Origin: a virus
Lineage: Duplodnaviria; Caudoviricetes
Reading direction: 5' to 3' (one strand)
Virus record (IMG/VR): IMGVR_UViG_3300007539_000018
Location: 2,180 to 66,179 of that record
DNA length: 64,000 nucleotides
Both the position numbers and the translations under genes were made by a program. A model generated the notes under the pieces. It was not told the DNA's origin. It ran no database searches and saw nothing but the letters and a program-made list of their open reading frames with translations. This document shows, one piece after another, positions 9,679 through 21,061 of the stretch (its first letter is position 1; each line of letters opens with the position of its first letter).

Positions 9679-12600
9679 AATTCTTCCTCCAATAGAGTTG
9701 TTGTTGTGCCGCCCGCCCCTACAAACCCAAGTGTGTAAGTACTTGTATTTAAAGGCCCGCCAAATCCTAATTTAGTGCCATCTATTGATGACCGCTTTTG
9801 AGCCACAAACTTAATTAATTTAAGATTAATGTCATCTAGGAAACTTAATTCTATGTTATCTGGAATTTCTTCGGAATTCTCTTCTTCTATCTGTTGTTGT
9901 TTAATTTGTATTTCAGCAAACCTATCTTCTAATTGCTTACTATATCTGCCTAATTCTAAAGTTATCATTCCTCTCATACTGTGAGTTATTTGAAGTACTA
10001 AAAATTCAGAAAATTCAATATTTTCTTTGGGAAAATCTAATGTAACAATATCTCCTGCCCTTAGTTGTCCTAATCCTTTGTGTCCAACCTGTACACTGAC
10101 TTTAAAGTTAAACTTGCCATGCAATTTTAATAATTCACTTGCTCTAGAATTAACTTCTTCTTGAGTAACAAGTTGCCTATCTGTTTCTCTCAATGATTTT
10201 ACTCCTACTTTCTTGACGCTTCTAAGGTCTTTTCTTGTTCCTTTGTGGCTTTTACCTACTACTGTAACTGTATTAGCAAAACTATACATAGTTTTTAATT
10301 TTTGAATTCTAAATATATCTATATTGGTGTTTCTTGTTCCTATAATAAGACTTGGGAAGTTTGAAACAGTATTCTTATCTACAATGGTTAAAGTACCATT
10401 GACCTCTAATAGTGATTTATTTTTCTTACTCATAATAAACTTAATTGCTTGGAATAAATTAACACCCTTAAAGTTTGGTGCTAAGAAGAAAGGATAATCT
10501 GCATTCTTACTTAGAGAAAAATCAATATTATTTTCTTGTAGCATTTCTTCTATTAAATCATCTGCTTCTCTACAAATAGTAACTTCCGAACCTATTATTG
10601 CTCTTTTAGCAGAAGAACTTACATCCCCTTCTACCTTTAGTTCAATTAGTTCAGAAAAAGAAGGTATGCCTAACATTGTTTCTTGTTCGGAAATAGACAT
10701 ATAATATCCAATGCTTGTACTGTCTTTGGTAAAAGTAACACCAGTAACATTAAAGTTTTCCCCATCAGCAATACATAAAGTTTCTTTAGATGATTTATCA
10801 TCCTTTATATTCCAAATAGCATCTAATTTATCAGGTGTTCTTATTACCACATGGTCGGAAGAAGAAACATCATTAGGGTCAGCAATAACATACATAGATA
10901 ATACTGCTTCTCCTTCACCCGCTAATGTTCTTTTACCCGAACCTCCATTAACAAAGTAACTGTTTGGACTATCATACATAGAATTAGAATAAGGTTTCTT
11001 AGTATATCGAGAAGACATTTCGTTAAGTTTAATATCGCTTGGGCTAAAATCATACAGGCAAGTATGGTTTGGTTGTAATATTCTATAAAAAGTATCTGCG
11101 GCTACTAATGTATCATCAAGCGTAAGTATGTGAGTTTTAGTATTATTAGAAATATCTAATTCATGGGAAATAACATATAATAGTTTGTCCGGTGTCATAC
11201 CGTTCAAACTTTCCCCATCTGAATGTGTACCTAAAGAAATAGTGTCGGAATCATTTTGTAAGTATTTTCCGTTTTCTGGGGCTAAATAACACCCAGTCAA
11301 ATCAACAAAATCTAAAAAGGGTTGGTTGTTTGTTTCTATTGATACTCTTACAATAGTAGTATTATTTGGCCCTTTATCAGTTCCCATCAAATCATTAGTA
11401 TTGTGTATTTTAAGTAGTGGCTTAAATCCAAAAATTACTCCATCAGCGTCAGTTGCTAAATTACTTCTAACCGTACCGGTATCTTTTAGACTAGCATATA
11501 CACCATTTAATGCAATTCCATATAATGAAAATTCGTCTTCTACTGTTCTATGGCTAATTCCGTTTATTCTTGGGCAACACATTCCAGTATCAGCATTGGC
11601 TGTTGTTCCATCTTCTATATTAAATCTATCGAAAATAACAGGCATAAAATTAGTATAAGTTAATTCTCCGGTTGTATAGCCACTTGCCCCAAAATTATTT
11701 CCTTCGTTTAATCCTCTTAAGAAACCAGCCCTTAATCTTTCTAAAACTAAAGACGGTTGCCCACCACCTGCCCCTTTTGCTGCCTTTGAGTCAGAGTCAA
11801 TATCAATAGGTAGCCATAGATTAGGTTGCCTCGAATTGTTGTTTATTGTTCCCGCTAATGTATTGTTACTATATTTGGTATAAAAATCACTACCTGATTT
11901 ACCGTATGTATTAGTGGTAACATCTGTCATTATTGCACTTTTTAATAGGTGAATATCTTCATCAAAATTAATAAATGTGTCTTGTTTTCCGTGTCCTTTT
12001 ATTGGCCCAACTCCACCATCGGCATTAGTTAATTGCTCAACAGGAATAAAATATAATTGCGTATCTGTTCCCGAAGAAGCAACATAATGTTGTGCTACAT
12101 TACTAGTATCTCTATATGTTTTAAATATTGCACTATCACAAGTAATGTCAGTGGTAGAGACACTAGAAACAATTCCCATAAACCTACCTGCTCCATCTAC
12201 TATGACATCATTTGCCGAAAGATTATCGGGAGAAATACTACATCGTATAACATTAGAGGAAGGTATAGAACGAGCATAAACTGGATTTGTATTATTCGTA
12301 ACGCTACTTTTTCCATGAACAGCATATTGAAAACTAGGCACTACTCTTTTTCTACTTGGTGGGTTTTCAGGGTCAAATTGATTAAATGCAAAATCATAGA
12401 CAACTTCAGTTAATCTCATTAAAGAAAAATTAGTAAAGGTAGTATTTTCCGAACCTACTGATTTACTAGATGATTTTATTTTAGCAAAAGTGTGAGAAGA
12501 ATCATTAGAAGATATTCTTGTAGTTTCACCTAAAACATTAGTTTTAGTATCAAATGAATCCGTTATGATAGGTTCATCAATTAACATTATGCTATACTCA

Positions 12601-15600
12601 CTTAAATCCCTAGTATTATTTGGATTAAATAGACTGTCTATTCTACTTCCAGAATAAGGTAACAAATCACAATTAGAAAATAAAAACATTCTAGATACTT
12701 TAGGGTCTTTATTGTCTAAAACATCTTCAGCGATATAAGGGCTTCTACCTAAAGAGGTATCTGAGTATAATGTTGGATTTGGGGGAATATAAATACTATC
12801 AGTAGCAGTACTTATACCTTTACTAAATCTGACTTCGTTTAAATATCTTGAGCCTAAAACCGAATCAAATCCCCTAGATTCGATTAAAGTATGCCCTTCT
12901 GAATTAGAGCCTGAATCAGTAAAGTTTGGCATTGTTGCCCCTACTCCAATAATATTATCATTTAATATTCCATCAACATAAAATCCCGGATTAAACCTAT
13001 ATGCAGTAGAATAGTATTTCACTTTACTTAATTTTTCACCATAAAAATTATATTCTTCCGACTCAGTAAATCCTGTAATGCTTGAATTCACTAAATTAAA
13101 ATTACCTTTTTCTATACTAATTAGCCTATAGTATGGACTACCAAACTTGTGAGCATAAGAAGACTTACCTAAATCACTATCATAACTCAATGGATAGTCA
13201 AAAACGCTTAATGTATTATCTGAAACTATGTTAGTATCAGGAGTATTAGCAGCACCGATTGTTGGGTGAAGTAATGCGACCATTTTTCCTGTATGTAAAT
13301 GACCTGCATTCAAAAAGTTCAATTCGTGAGTTTTTTTAGATGATTCCCTAGTAGTTTCATCAACATTTAATATTGTTACTTCTGAATCTGCCGCTACATT
13401 TTTTATTTTTCTATCTAAATATAATGTAGTATAAGTGCCGCTATTAGAAGCACCAACAAAAAATCCAGCAAATGTTCCATCTACATAAATTGGACTTCCA
13501 TAGTGCCTTCTTTGAGTATCTATTCCACCTAAAGCAACATGATAGCCACTTAAACTAGATGTTAATGAATTTTGAGGTGTTGAGCCAATAGCATTACAAG
13601 TCATTAAAATAGCAGTAGATATGTTAGTATCTAGTTGATTAGCGTAATTTATATCTACTCTACCTAAAGTCAAAGGAACATAAGGTGCTATTATAACGCT
13701 AGTATCAAATTTATTTCTTTTTATGCTAATTACAGTAAAATCAATAAGAGTATTGATTGTATCGAAGTCTGCATGGGTGGTGTGAGTAATGTTATCTAAT
13801 CTAGCCTGAAATGCTGAATCGCTTTTCATTTTAGTTGCAGAACTTAGGTAGTACCCTCTCGCTTCTAAATTAGTTGATAAAGAAGTAGAAACCAAAGAAG
13901 ATGATTCGCTACCATCTTGCGCTGCTCCTGTTCCTAATCCAGCAACTCTTATATCTTTACCACTATTAAAATATAATCCTTTATTTGAAACTCCGTCTAA
14001 ACTTGATGTAGACTCGACTAATGAATTTGAGGCTAACGCTTTATTCATTATATAGTTTTTACTGGATGACTTGTATAAAGTTACAGTTCCTTCTGTTCTT
14101 GGAAATTCTCCTATTACTACTGTGTTTGCAGAAGAAGTAGCAACTGTGGTTTTACCAATATAAGAAAGCATACCATTATCATATTTACCAAATAATATAG
14201 TACCTGCCGGTATAGTTGCAGTAGCAGCATTTGTTATATCCGCTGCTGTTTTTAGATTAATTGTTTTACTAGAAGCATCAAATGTTATTACCGCTTTTAT
14301 TTCGTTATCGGAAGTGTCTAAAAGAGTAGCCAAATTATTATATGGGCTATTGCTAGAATAAATAACATCTTTAGTAAATAAAGTATTTTTATCAACAATA
14401 TTAGAAACAAGAATTCTTGATTTGCTGTTGGCAACAATTTTCATAACATTAGTATTAGATTCTATATCGTTTTCTGTACTTTCTATTTCTCCATTTAATT
14501 TTTCTATTTCAATAGAATAAGCACCTATTGCTGAACGGAGAGCATTATTAAAACTATACGAAGAATTATTAAAATCAAGCGTCAAAAGTTTTTTATTAGC
14601 ATCCGAAGAAATAACCTTTGCTTCAAGAGATTCTAAATTAGCATTACCCAATGATACATATAGCACTGACTCTCTACCGTCTATGATTGGATAATCAGTA
14701 AGTAGTGTCTTATCAGTTTGATTATATGCCCTGCGGTAAATAATATCATTTACAGATAAACTGTATGAAGTTGTTGTAAATGCAGATTCTTTTTCTAATC
14801 TTGTAAAGTCTTCAAATGTTATATCTTGAGAAAATGCAGAATAAGAATCTATTGTTTTAACTATAAGTATTCTATCACCTACCTTTACTTCATCCCCCAC
14901 ATTTAAGAAAGAAGAAACATCAAATTCAGTTCTAAGAGTATATTCTGGGTGAGAAGTAATATCTGTAATTTTAAGAGGTAAAGGCATCCAACCGAAAAAG
15001 TCTGCCCTGTGTACTTGGTGTCTAATTTTTATTGGAGAAAAGTCTCCTATTTTTGTACTTAACATTCTTGAAGAATCAATTATAGTAAGTTCTGCATATC
15101 CTCCCCTTGCTCCTATGGATTCTTCAATAAAACAATCAATAGTATTTTCTGTGGAGTTTGAAATAGTGGGCGAATAATCATAATATAAATATCTTTTAGG
15201 GCCAGTATAGTCAGGTGTAGAAAAGTTTGCACTATCGGATTCTACATCTTCTCCTTCGGAATCTCTCCTAGCGTTAATAAAAGCAGAATCTCTAACAAAT
15301 GGATTAAATGTATCTGGAGTAACACCTTCATTACTTGTGTGGGTTAATGGGCTATCTTGGTCTTTTAATCTATCAATTAATTGAACCACCATAGAAAACC
15401 TACTATTGTCTATTACACTTGTACCAAATTCGGGAATTGTTGTAAAGTAACTATCTGAAGAAATAGTTGCAGAAGTAGTGCCAGTATTAAATTTAATTGC
15501 ATATTTTTCATTGTGATTTAGTTGATTTTTTTCAGTTAAATGTTCATTAAAGAAATAAAACAAAGGTCTAGCACAGATTAGAGAATCATTTAACGATGAT

Positions 15601-16517
15601 TTTATTCCTGCCGAAATAGCATGTGGGTAAATGTATGTATTTTTTGGGAAAGAATAAAGTTTAAATTTAACTCCAATTGGTATTTCATTACCTAATTTTG
15701 GCTCAAAGTCAAAAGAATCTCCCAATGAATCATCACTATGTACTTCTGTAATTCTAGCAAAATGATGTTTTAAATAATTGTCCGAGTGAATAAGTACAAA
15801 ATAATAATTATCAGTATTATTATTTACTTCATCTCTTTGAGTTGTACTAAAATTAAATCCAGTACTAGAATCATCACTATGGCATTTTATTCTAAATCCA
15901 CTTGTGGTTTCTAAGTTTGATAGTTGTTGCCCCAATATAAGAGTAGCATTAGTATTTGTTGACAATGCACCATTATTAGTATTTATTATAGTAGAAGAAA
16001 TTATTCTATTAATAATAGTATTATCTGGAAAATTGTTAGCAGTAGTCTGAATAGACTGACCTATGAACATTCCCGAACTAGAACTTACAGTAACAGTATG
16101 TCCACCATCCACAGTAGTTTGAAAACTAGCCCCACTTAATGTAGTAACATTTAATGCAGTAAAAGTAGGTTGGAGTTCAGTATTGAAAGAATTAGGATAA
16201 ATAGCAGTAAAGTTATCATTTAAAGTAGCGGCTTCAATTACTTTAAATTTAGGATTAGTTGGGCAATTATAGGCTACTTTCTCAAAAGTCCTAGTTGTGG
16301 TGCTTGAATCACTAGCACTAGCACTAAGCGTAACTGTTGTTGAAGTTGCTATTGCTGTAATTCTAGTTAATGCGGGGATTCCATCACCTGACACTATCAT
16401 ACCTACCCAAAGTTTACTAACATTATCGGAACTTAATGTTAATGTAGTGCTACCAGCAGTTGTACTAGAAAGAGTCAAAGTTGAAGGACTTCGAGAAATA
16501 GCCAGTATTTTTGTCAT
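9675..16517 (-). CDS. very large tail-tip/baseplate hub protein (2280 aa)
   Basis: S/T-rich beta-structured protein after the tape measure and distal tail genes; C-terminal hub-like segment 'ANTVTVVG...LRAGDIVTL...LELG'. Confidence 0.7.
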   Translation of the reverse strand: MTKILAISRSPSTLTLSSTTAGSTTLTLSSDNVSKLWVGMIVSGDGIPALTRITAIATSTTVTLSASASDSSTTTRTFEKVAYNCPTNPKFKVIEAATLNDNFTAIYPNSFNTELQPTFTALNVTTLSGASFQTTVDGGHTVTVSSSSGMFIGQSIQTTANNFPDNTIINRIISSTIINTNNGALSTNTNATLILGQQLSNLETTSGFRIKCHSDDSSTGFNFSTTQRDEVNNNTDNYYFVLIHSDNYLKHHFARITEVHSDDSLGDSFDFEPKLGNEIPIGVKFKLYSFPKNTYIYPHAISAGIKSSLNDSLICARPLFYFFNEHLTEKNQLNHNEKYAIKFNTGTTSATISSDSYFTTIPEFGTSVIDNSRFSMVVQLIDRLKDQDSPLTHTSNEGVTPDTFNPFVRDSAFINARRDSEGEDVESDSANFSTPDYTGPKRYLYYDYSPTISNSTENTIDCFIEESIGARGGYAELTIIDSSRMLSTKIGDFSPIKIRHQVHRADFFGWMPLPLKITDITSHPEYTLRTEFDVSSFLNVGDEVKVGDRILIVKTIDSYSAFSQDITFEDFTRLEKESAFTTTSYSLSVNDIIYRRAYNQTDKTLLTDYPIIDGRESVLYVSLGNANLESLEAKVISSDANKKLLTLDFNNSSYSFNNALRSAIGAYSIEIEKLNGEIESTENDIESNTNVMKIVANSKSRILVSNIVDKNTLFTKDVIYSSNSPYNNLATLLDTSDNEIKAVITFDASSKTINLKTAADITNAATATIPAGTILFGKYDNGMLSYIGKTTVATSSANTVVIGEFPRTEGTVTLYKSSSKNYIMNKALASNSLVESTSSLDGVSNKGLYFNSGKDIRVAGLGTGAAQDGSESSSLVSTSLSTNLEARGYYLSSATKMKSDSAFQARLDNITHTTHADFDTINTLIDFTVISIKRNKFDTSVIIAPYVPLTLGRVDINYANQLDTNISTAILMTCNAIGSTPQNSLTSSLSGYHVALGGIDTQRRHYGSPIYVDGTFAGFFVGASNSGTYTTLYLDRKIKNVAADSEVTILNVDETTRESSKKTHELNFLNAGHLHTGKMVALLHPTIGAANTPDTNIVSDNTLSVFDYPLSYDSDLGKSSYAHKFGSPYYRLISIEKGNFNLVNSSITGFTESEEYNFYGEKLSKVKYYSTAYRFNPGFYVDGILNDNIIGVGATMPNFTDSGSNSEGHTLIESRGFDSVLGSRYLNEVRFSKGISTATDSIYIPPNPTLYSDTSLGRSPYIAEDVLDNKDPKVSRMFLFSNCDLLPYSGSRIDSLFNPNNTRDLSEYSIMLIDEPIITDSFDTKTNVLGETTRISSNDSSHTFAKIKSSSKSVGSENTTFTNFSLMRLTEVVYDFAFNQFDPENPPSRKRVVPSFQYAVHGKSSVTNNTNPVYARSIPSSNVIRCSISPDNLSANDVIVDGAGRFMGIVSSVSTTDITCDSAIFKTYRDTSNVAQHYVASSGTDTQLYFIPVEQLTNADGGVGPIKGHGKQDTFINFDEDIHLLKSAIMTDVTTNTYGKSGSDFYTKYSNNTLAGTINNNSRQPNLWLPIDIDSDSKAAKGAGGGQPSLVLERLRAGFLRGLNEGNNFGASGYTTGELTYTNFMPVIFDRFNIEDGTTANADTGMCCPRINGISHRTVEDEFSLYGIALNGVYASLKDTGTVRSNLATDADGVIFGFKPLLKIHNTNDLMGTDKGPNNTTIVRVSIETNNQPFLDFVDLTGCYLAPENGKYLQNDSDTISLGTHSDGESLNGMTPDKLLYVISHELDISNNTKTHILTLDDTLVAADTFYRILQPNHTCLYDFSPSDIKLNEMSSRYTKKPYSNSMYDSPNSYFVNGGSGKRTLAGEGEAVLSMYVIADPNDVSSSDHVVIRTPDKLDAIWNIKDDKSSKETLCIADGENFNVTGVTFTKDSTSIGYYMSISEQETMLGIPSFSELIELKVEGDVSSSAKRAIIGSEVTICREADDLIEEMLQENNIDFSLSKNADYPFFLAPNFKGVNLFQAIKFIMSKKNKSLLEVNGTLTIVDKNTVSNFPSLIIGTRNTNIDIFRIQKLKTMYSFANTVTVVGKSHKGTRKDLRSVKKVGVKSLRETDRQLVTQEEVNSRASELLKLHGKFNFKVSVQVGHKGLGQLRAGDIVTLDFPKENIEFSEFLVLQITHSMRGMITLELGRYSKQLEDRFAEIQIKQQQIEEENSEEIPDNIELSFLDDINLKLIKFVAQKRSSIDGTKLGFGGPLNTSTYTLGFVGAGGTTTTLLEEEF

Positions 16518-17893
16518 ATGTCTATCTCCTCAAATCTTAAAAATAGTAAAGTATCATCATAACTAGGTAATAAATTTCTAATATTAAAAGTTTTTCTAGT
16601 TATATTAGTAATACTTAATTCGTGAAGCACTCCCATAAATTGTTTATTTGTAGTTGTACTGCCTTCCCCAACAGCACCACCAGTTGCTCCAATATAAATA
16701 TCGCTATCACCAAAAGAAAAAGAACCTGTTCCAGAAATAGAATTAGAAGCACTTTCACTACTATCATATAGTATTAGTTTGTTTCCATTCAAATACACAT
16801 TTAGTGTTTTATTTGAAGAGTTGAAAGAACAACCTATGTGAAATTGTTGGTTTATGTAAGACGCATCACGCTCAACGGGGAGGTATAGGTCAGTTGTCGT
16901 ACTGCTAATTGTTGAACCATACGACCCACCAGTTACCGTTAAAGTGCTTGAGCCGGTAGCGGTCACTCGACCCAAAAGAACAAAAGCATCCCCACTTTTG
17001 ATATATACTAATTCACCAATTGCTATTTTTTTAGTACCATTAGTTGCCACAGTAGATATTGTACTGCCACTAAAATTACTAAAGGTAGTAATTTTCTTAT
17101 ATTGCACCATTCCGTTTGTGTCAAATCCAGTCTTGTTATCAACGCTTGTATAAAAAAATTGGTTTCCGCTATTTGATTTAATTATATGTCCAGATGTCAA
17201 TGTGGTAGTAGTGCCACCTATTGTTATTGCTGCTTTAATTTTATATTCAGCAGGTTGATTTACATTTGTGAATGTGCTATTTAACAAAGATAGGCTTATA
17301 CCACTACTGTTAAAAATCATCATTTCGTGACTAATTCTATCAGCGTTTGTTAAATACTTAGACGATTGATAATTTGATTGCGTAACAGAAGTTCCCGCTA
17401 CATCTACTGTTGGCGGAGATGGCATTACTTTTTTAGAATAGGGCTTAACAAAAAATACTCTTTGGTTTGTTTGAGTTGAACTAACTAAGTTTACTCTAGA
17501 AATAGTTATTCTTGTACTGCTTGTTATTTCAGTAATTAAAGTTTCATCAGAAAAATCTCCAGAATGTACTACTCTCATACCAACAGAAAGTCCCGAAGTA
17601 GAAGTCATATCCAATATATTTCGATTGCTTGTTCCGTAAGTGCATTCTTTAATTATTTCGCTAGGTCTATCTTTACCATCAAACAGTTCACTTCTAGTTG
17701 TCCTACCATCTCCATTAATGTCAAAGGGTGTTATTATAGTTTCTAATGTGAAAGAATTCTCATGTGAAAATATACCATAACCTATATCATATGTAGAGTT
17801 TGGAACATTGTCACTATAATCAATTTTAAGATGACCGTTGCACATAACAGGGAATACTAGCCCTCTTTGTTTTCCGGTCAATATTTTATACAT
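16514..17893 (-). CDS. LamG/ConA-like tail protein
   Basis: 'FTLETIITP', 'FHIGCSFN...VYLNG', 'IYIGA', 'FMGVLHEL' form a split LamG pattern. Confidence 0.65.
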   Translation of the reverse strand: MYKILTGKQRGLVFPVMCNGHLKIDYSDNVPNSTYDIGYGIFSHENSFTLETIITPFDINGDGRTTRSELFDGKDRPSEIIKECTYGTSNRNILDMTSTSGLSVGMRVVHSGDFSDETLITEITSSTRITISRVNLVSSTQTNQRVFFVKPYSKKVMPSPPTVDVAGTSVTQSNYQSSKYLTNADRISHEMMIFNSSGISLSLLNSTFTNVNQPAEYKIKAAITIGGTTTTLTSGHIIKSNSGNQFFYTSVDNKTGFDTNGMVQYKKITTFSNFSGSTISTVATNGTKKIAIGELVYIKSGDAFVLLGRVTATGSSTLTVTGGSYGSTISSTTTDLYLPVERDASYINQQFHIGCSFNSSNKTLNVYLNGNKLILYDSSESASNSISGTGSFSFGDSDIYIGATGGAVGEGSTTTNKQFMGVLHELSITNITRKTFNIRNLLPSYDDTLLFLRFEEIDI

Positions 17894-17902
17894 ATTATCA
17901 AC

Positions 17903-18535
17903 TCAAGGGAATACTCTAGCAATATCAAAATCCATAGTAAAGGTTAAATCGAAAGACTCCGCTTCAAAATTACAAGTAAAACTTCTAATAAATCCGACCA
18001 AGCCTTCATCAGTGGAACTATCAGGGAATTGATTTAATGGTAGTGGCACTAATTCATTTTCAAGTAAATTAGCACCACCTCTCGAATGAAAAGTTAATGG
18101 AACTAAAACTCCCGTATCTCTATTATTTACATCTACTCCACTTCTAGTTTCATAGTCATTACCTACAAATGAAGGCATTAGAATAACTAATTCTGCAACT
18201 GCTTGATTTCTTGCAAGACTAGTAGAATCTACCGAAGAAGCAATCATTTGTGCGACTTCATGGGCTGTAAATGTTCTAGAAGTTGCTACACCGGCAATAG
18301 TTTTTTTAATAACTGTGTCGGTTATTGTTCCTCCTAAATTAATACTTTTAGTACCCAATGCTAAATCCAACGCTACTCTTTCTGATTCACCTGTAATAAA
18401 AGTAGTAAAAGGTACAGGTAATGAAGGTATGTCTTTTGACACACTTATTCCTACGGTATTCACCTTTAGCGGTATAGTATCTAAAGATAAGTCAGTACCG
18501 GAAAAGTTTTGTGTTTTAAGATATACATATGTCAC
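17903..18535 (-). CDS. distal tail (Dit-like) protein
   Basis: Position immediately after the tape measure gene; size and beta-rich pattern. Confidence 0.5.
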   Translation of the reverse strand: MTYVYLKTQNFSGTDLSLDTIPLKVNTVGISVSKDIPSLPVPFTTFITGESERVALDLALGTKSINLGGTITDTVIKKTIAGVATSRTFTAHEVAQMIASSVDSTSLARNQAVAELVILMPSFVGNDYETRSGVDVNNRDTGVLVPLTFHSRGGANLLENELVPLPLNQFPDSSTDEGLVGFIRSFTCNFEAESFDLTFTMDFDIARVFP

Positions 18536-18544
18536 TCTATCACC

Positions 18545-20839
18545 TCAAATTAAATTACCAAATGGCATTTGCCGATTAAGTTTATTACCAATCATCTTTC
18601 CTAATTGTTGTGCTACTCTTCTCATTTCGGCATCGGAAGTGTCTTTAGCGTTAATAGTAATATTAAAAATGTTGGTGCTTCCACCCATCATTCTCTTAGA
18701 TTGTGAATTAGAATAGATTTTAGAACCTGCATTTAATTGTAGTAATTCCGGCCCTTGTTCTCCAACGAGAGACAATCCACCATGAGAAGTTCCTCCTTTG
18801 GCAAATCTTCCTTTAATTCCTAGTGTTCCGAATACTCCTTCATTTTCTAAAGAATCTCTAAATTTGTTATACCTATCTCTTGTTTTCTTTGAAGGGCTTA
18901 AGAAGTCTCTTATCGAAGTAGCCAAAGTAATTAACTTTCCACCTGCGGCTTCTATTCCGGCCAAGAGTTTTTCTTTATTCATTTCTATACTTAATGATTG
19001 CCGGACTGCATCAAGCATTTCTCTAAAACCAAATATTATATCATCTTTAGTTTTTATCAAAAAGTTAATGGAATCATTATATATTGTTTCAGCATAATGT
19101 TGTAGTCCGTAAAAGAAATTATTTATGTAGTCTTCTACATTTTGGAATTTTTCATCAAAATTATCATTTAACCAATAACCTACTGTAAATAAGGCCGCTA
19201 ATACTGCAACACCAATTAGTATAGGTAATGCTGCGGCAGCAGCGAGAGATAGTGCTAAACCAATTAAAAATTGTATTACTATCAAAGCAACTACAACAAG
19301 AGCAACCTTCATAAGAATATCAGTTACTCTTCTTCTAAATTCGGGGTCTTTATAGAACTTATATGCGGCATCCATCAATAAATCAAATCCTGCAACCATC
19401 GCTAAGAATCCTGCTTCTAATAAAATCTTTCCGGTTTTAATAAGAACAGCAATTCCTTTATCTACAAATTTTCCGGCATAATCTAATGCTTTTTCATAGT
19501 CTCCATTTAGGAAAGCAGAAACCATTTTCCAACCAACTTTAAGCCAATCGAACACCATAATACCTAATACTTTAATGTCATCAATTACACCAAACTCTTC
19601 CAAAATCTCATAGTATCTTTTCAAGTAGATTAATATAACAAAGAATGCTGCTATTGCCAACATTGACATAACTAAGTATTTAAATACCATAGACATGATA
19701 GGTTGAAGGCTCATTGTAAACTTTCGCATTTTTGCTCTAAACTTAATTGCACCAGTAGAAAAAGGATTGAAGGCAGTATAGATTAATTTAGTGGATTTAG
19801 TAACTAGTAGTAGCGGTGCTAAAAGCATCTTTGCGCTTTTTAAGTTATCAGTTACTCCTTTTGCATTTGCTCTTGCCGCATCTTTTCTTACTGCTCTACC
19901 TACTTTCAACTGGTCTTTCTTTTGAGAAAATCTTTCACTAAGACCGCCAGTAATTGAAGCCATTCTTTTACCAAAAAAACCTTTACCTTTTTCTTCGGCT
20001 TTTACTCTCGCTAGTTTTTTTGCTTCTTTTACTCTATTACTATCAAAAGCATACGCCATTTTTGCATTCTTTTTAAGTGCTAATCTTTCTTCATCTAAGA
20101 GTTTATTTCTTTCATGGAAAAATTTTATAGAACGCTGCATGGCTCTTTCTTCATCACCAGTTGCTAATAAAACCTTTTGATAAGCAGCCGTATTAGTTAA
20201 TGCTTCTTTTGTTTCCTCACTAACTTCACTTGTTAATTTAGCAATATCAGCAAGTCTTTTACTACGGTTTGCTATAATTTTATTATTGGCTTCTGTTTCT
20301 TTATTTAATTTTTTTATGAGTTTAGCATGCATTTTTGTAGAAATGGTACTTTTACCCGTAGCAGCATTTACTCTAAGTAAATCATCATTATATGAATTTG
20401 CCAATGTTAAATTTTTTAAATTTTGGGCTTCTGCTTTTTTCTTTTCTGCTGTCAATTGTGCTGTCAATTTCTTGTCTTCAACACCATACTTAATTAAATT
20501 TTTAGAATTAGCATATATAGATTTCATTTGTTTATCTACTTTATCATAGCCTTTTATTTTTTTTAATAACGCTGCGGATTCTTCCTCATGTGCCTTAGCA
20601 TTTGCGTTTGAGCGATTTTCAAAACCAGCCAAAATAGAAAGATATGCTCTTATTTTGTTTTGTGTACTCCATAAAGGAGTACCTGAAACTAAACGACTAA
20701 ATGTAGTCCAAGCCTTACCTGCGCCTTCTGTACTTGCAGCAGCAGAAGTAAGAGTTTTAGTTAATCCCTTAAACTCAATACCTGCTTTAATTGTTCCAGT
20801 CCTTAGAGTATCTAGGGAATCAATAACATCTTGAGCCAT
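18545..20839 (-). CDS. tail tape measure protein
   Basis: Long helical/coiled-coil protein with hydrophobic segments and C-terminal 'FAKGG...LVGEQGPEL'; follows the chaperone pair. Confidence 0.85.
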   Translation of the reverse strand: MAQDVIDSLDTLRTGTIKAGIEFKGLTKTLTSAAASTEGAGKAWTTFSRLVSGTPLWSTQNKIRAYLSILAGFENRSNANAKAHEEESAALLKKIKGYDKVDKQMKSIYANSKNLIKYGVEDKKLTAQLTAEKKKAEAQNLKNLTLANSYNDDLLRVNAATGKSTISTKMHAKLIKKLNKETEANNKIIANRSKRLADIAKLTSEVSEETKEALTNTAAYQKVLLATGDEERAMQRSIKFFHERNKLLDEERLALKKNAKMAYAFDSNRVKEAKKLARVKAEEKGKGFFGKRMASITGGLSERFSQKKDQLKVGRAVRKDAARANAKGVTDNLKSAKMLLAPLLLVTKSTKLIYTAFNPFSTGAIKFRAKMRKFTMSLQPIMSMVFKYLVMSMLAIAAFFVILIYLKRYYEILEEFGVIDDIKVLGIMVFDWLKVGWKMVSAFLNGDYEKALDYAGKFVDKGIAVLIKTGKILLEAGFLAMVAGFDLLMDAAYKFYKDPEFRRRVTDILMKVALVVVALIVIQFLIGLALSLAAAAALPILIGVAVLAALFTVGYWLNDNFDEKFQNVEDYINNFFYGLQHYAETIYNDSINFLIKTKDDIIFGFREMLDAVRQSLSIEMNKEKLLAGIEAAGGKLITLATSIRDFLSPSKKTRDRYNKFRDSLENEGVFGTLGIKGRFAKGGTSHGGLSLVGEQGPELLQLNAGSKIYSNSQSKRMMGGSTNIFNITINAKDTSDAEMRRVAQQLGKMIGNKLNRQMPFGNLI

Positions 20840-20840
20840 A

Positions 20841-21053
20841 CTATCTACTCCTACTTTTTCTCTCCATGTCTTTTTGCATTTTTTCCATTTCTTCGGATTT
20901 TAGCGTTTCAAAGGTCATATGAACTTGTAGTAAATCTTTAACTAGATATACTGGCATTTTGTATATTTCTAATGGGCTTATTGCTAATGCTTTAGATAAA
21001 GTATAAACAGTAATTAGAGACATTATATCAGGGGTAGTTTCTTTACCCTTCAT
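20841..21053 (-). CDS. tail assembly chaperone, frameshift (GT-like) extension
   Basis: Lies in the -1 frame of the upstream chaperone, reached via A AAA AAC at 21077-21071. Confidence 0.75.
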   Translation of the reverse strand: MKGKETTPDIMSLITVYTLSKALAISPLEIYKMPVYLVKDLLQVHMTFETLKSEEMEKMQKDMERKSRSR

Positions 21054-21061
21054 GCAATCTC

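Noticed and set aside
18545-20839. Tape measure hydrophobic segments as a membrane transporter
   Set aside because: Position after the frameshifted chaperone and the GG...VGE.GPE motif identify a tape measure protein, which commonly has TM segments.
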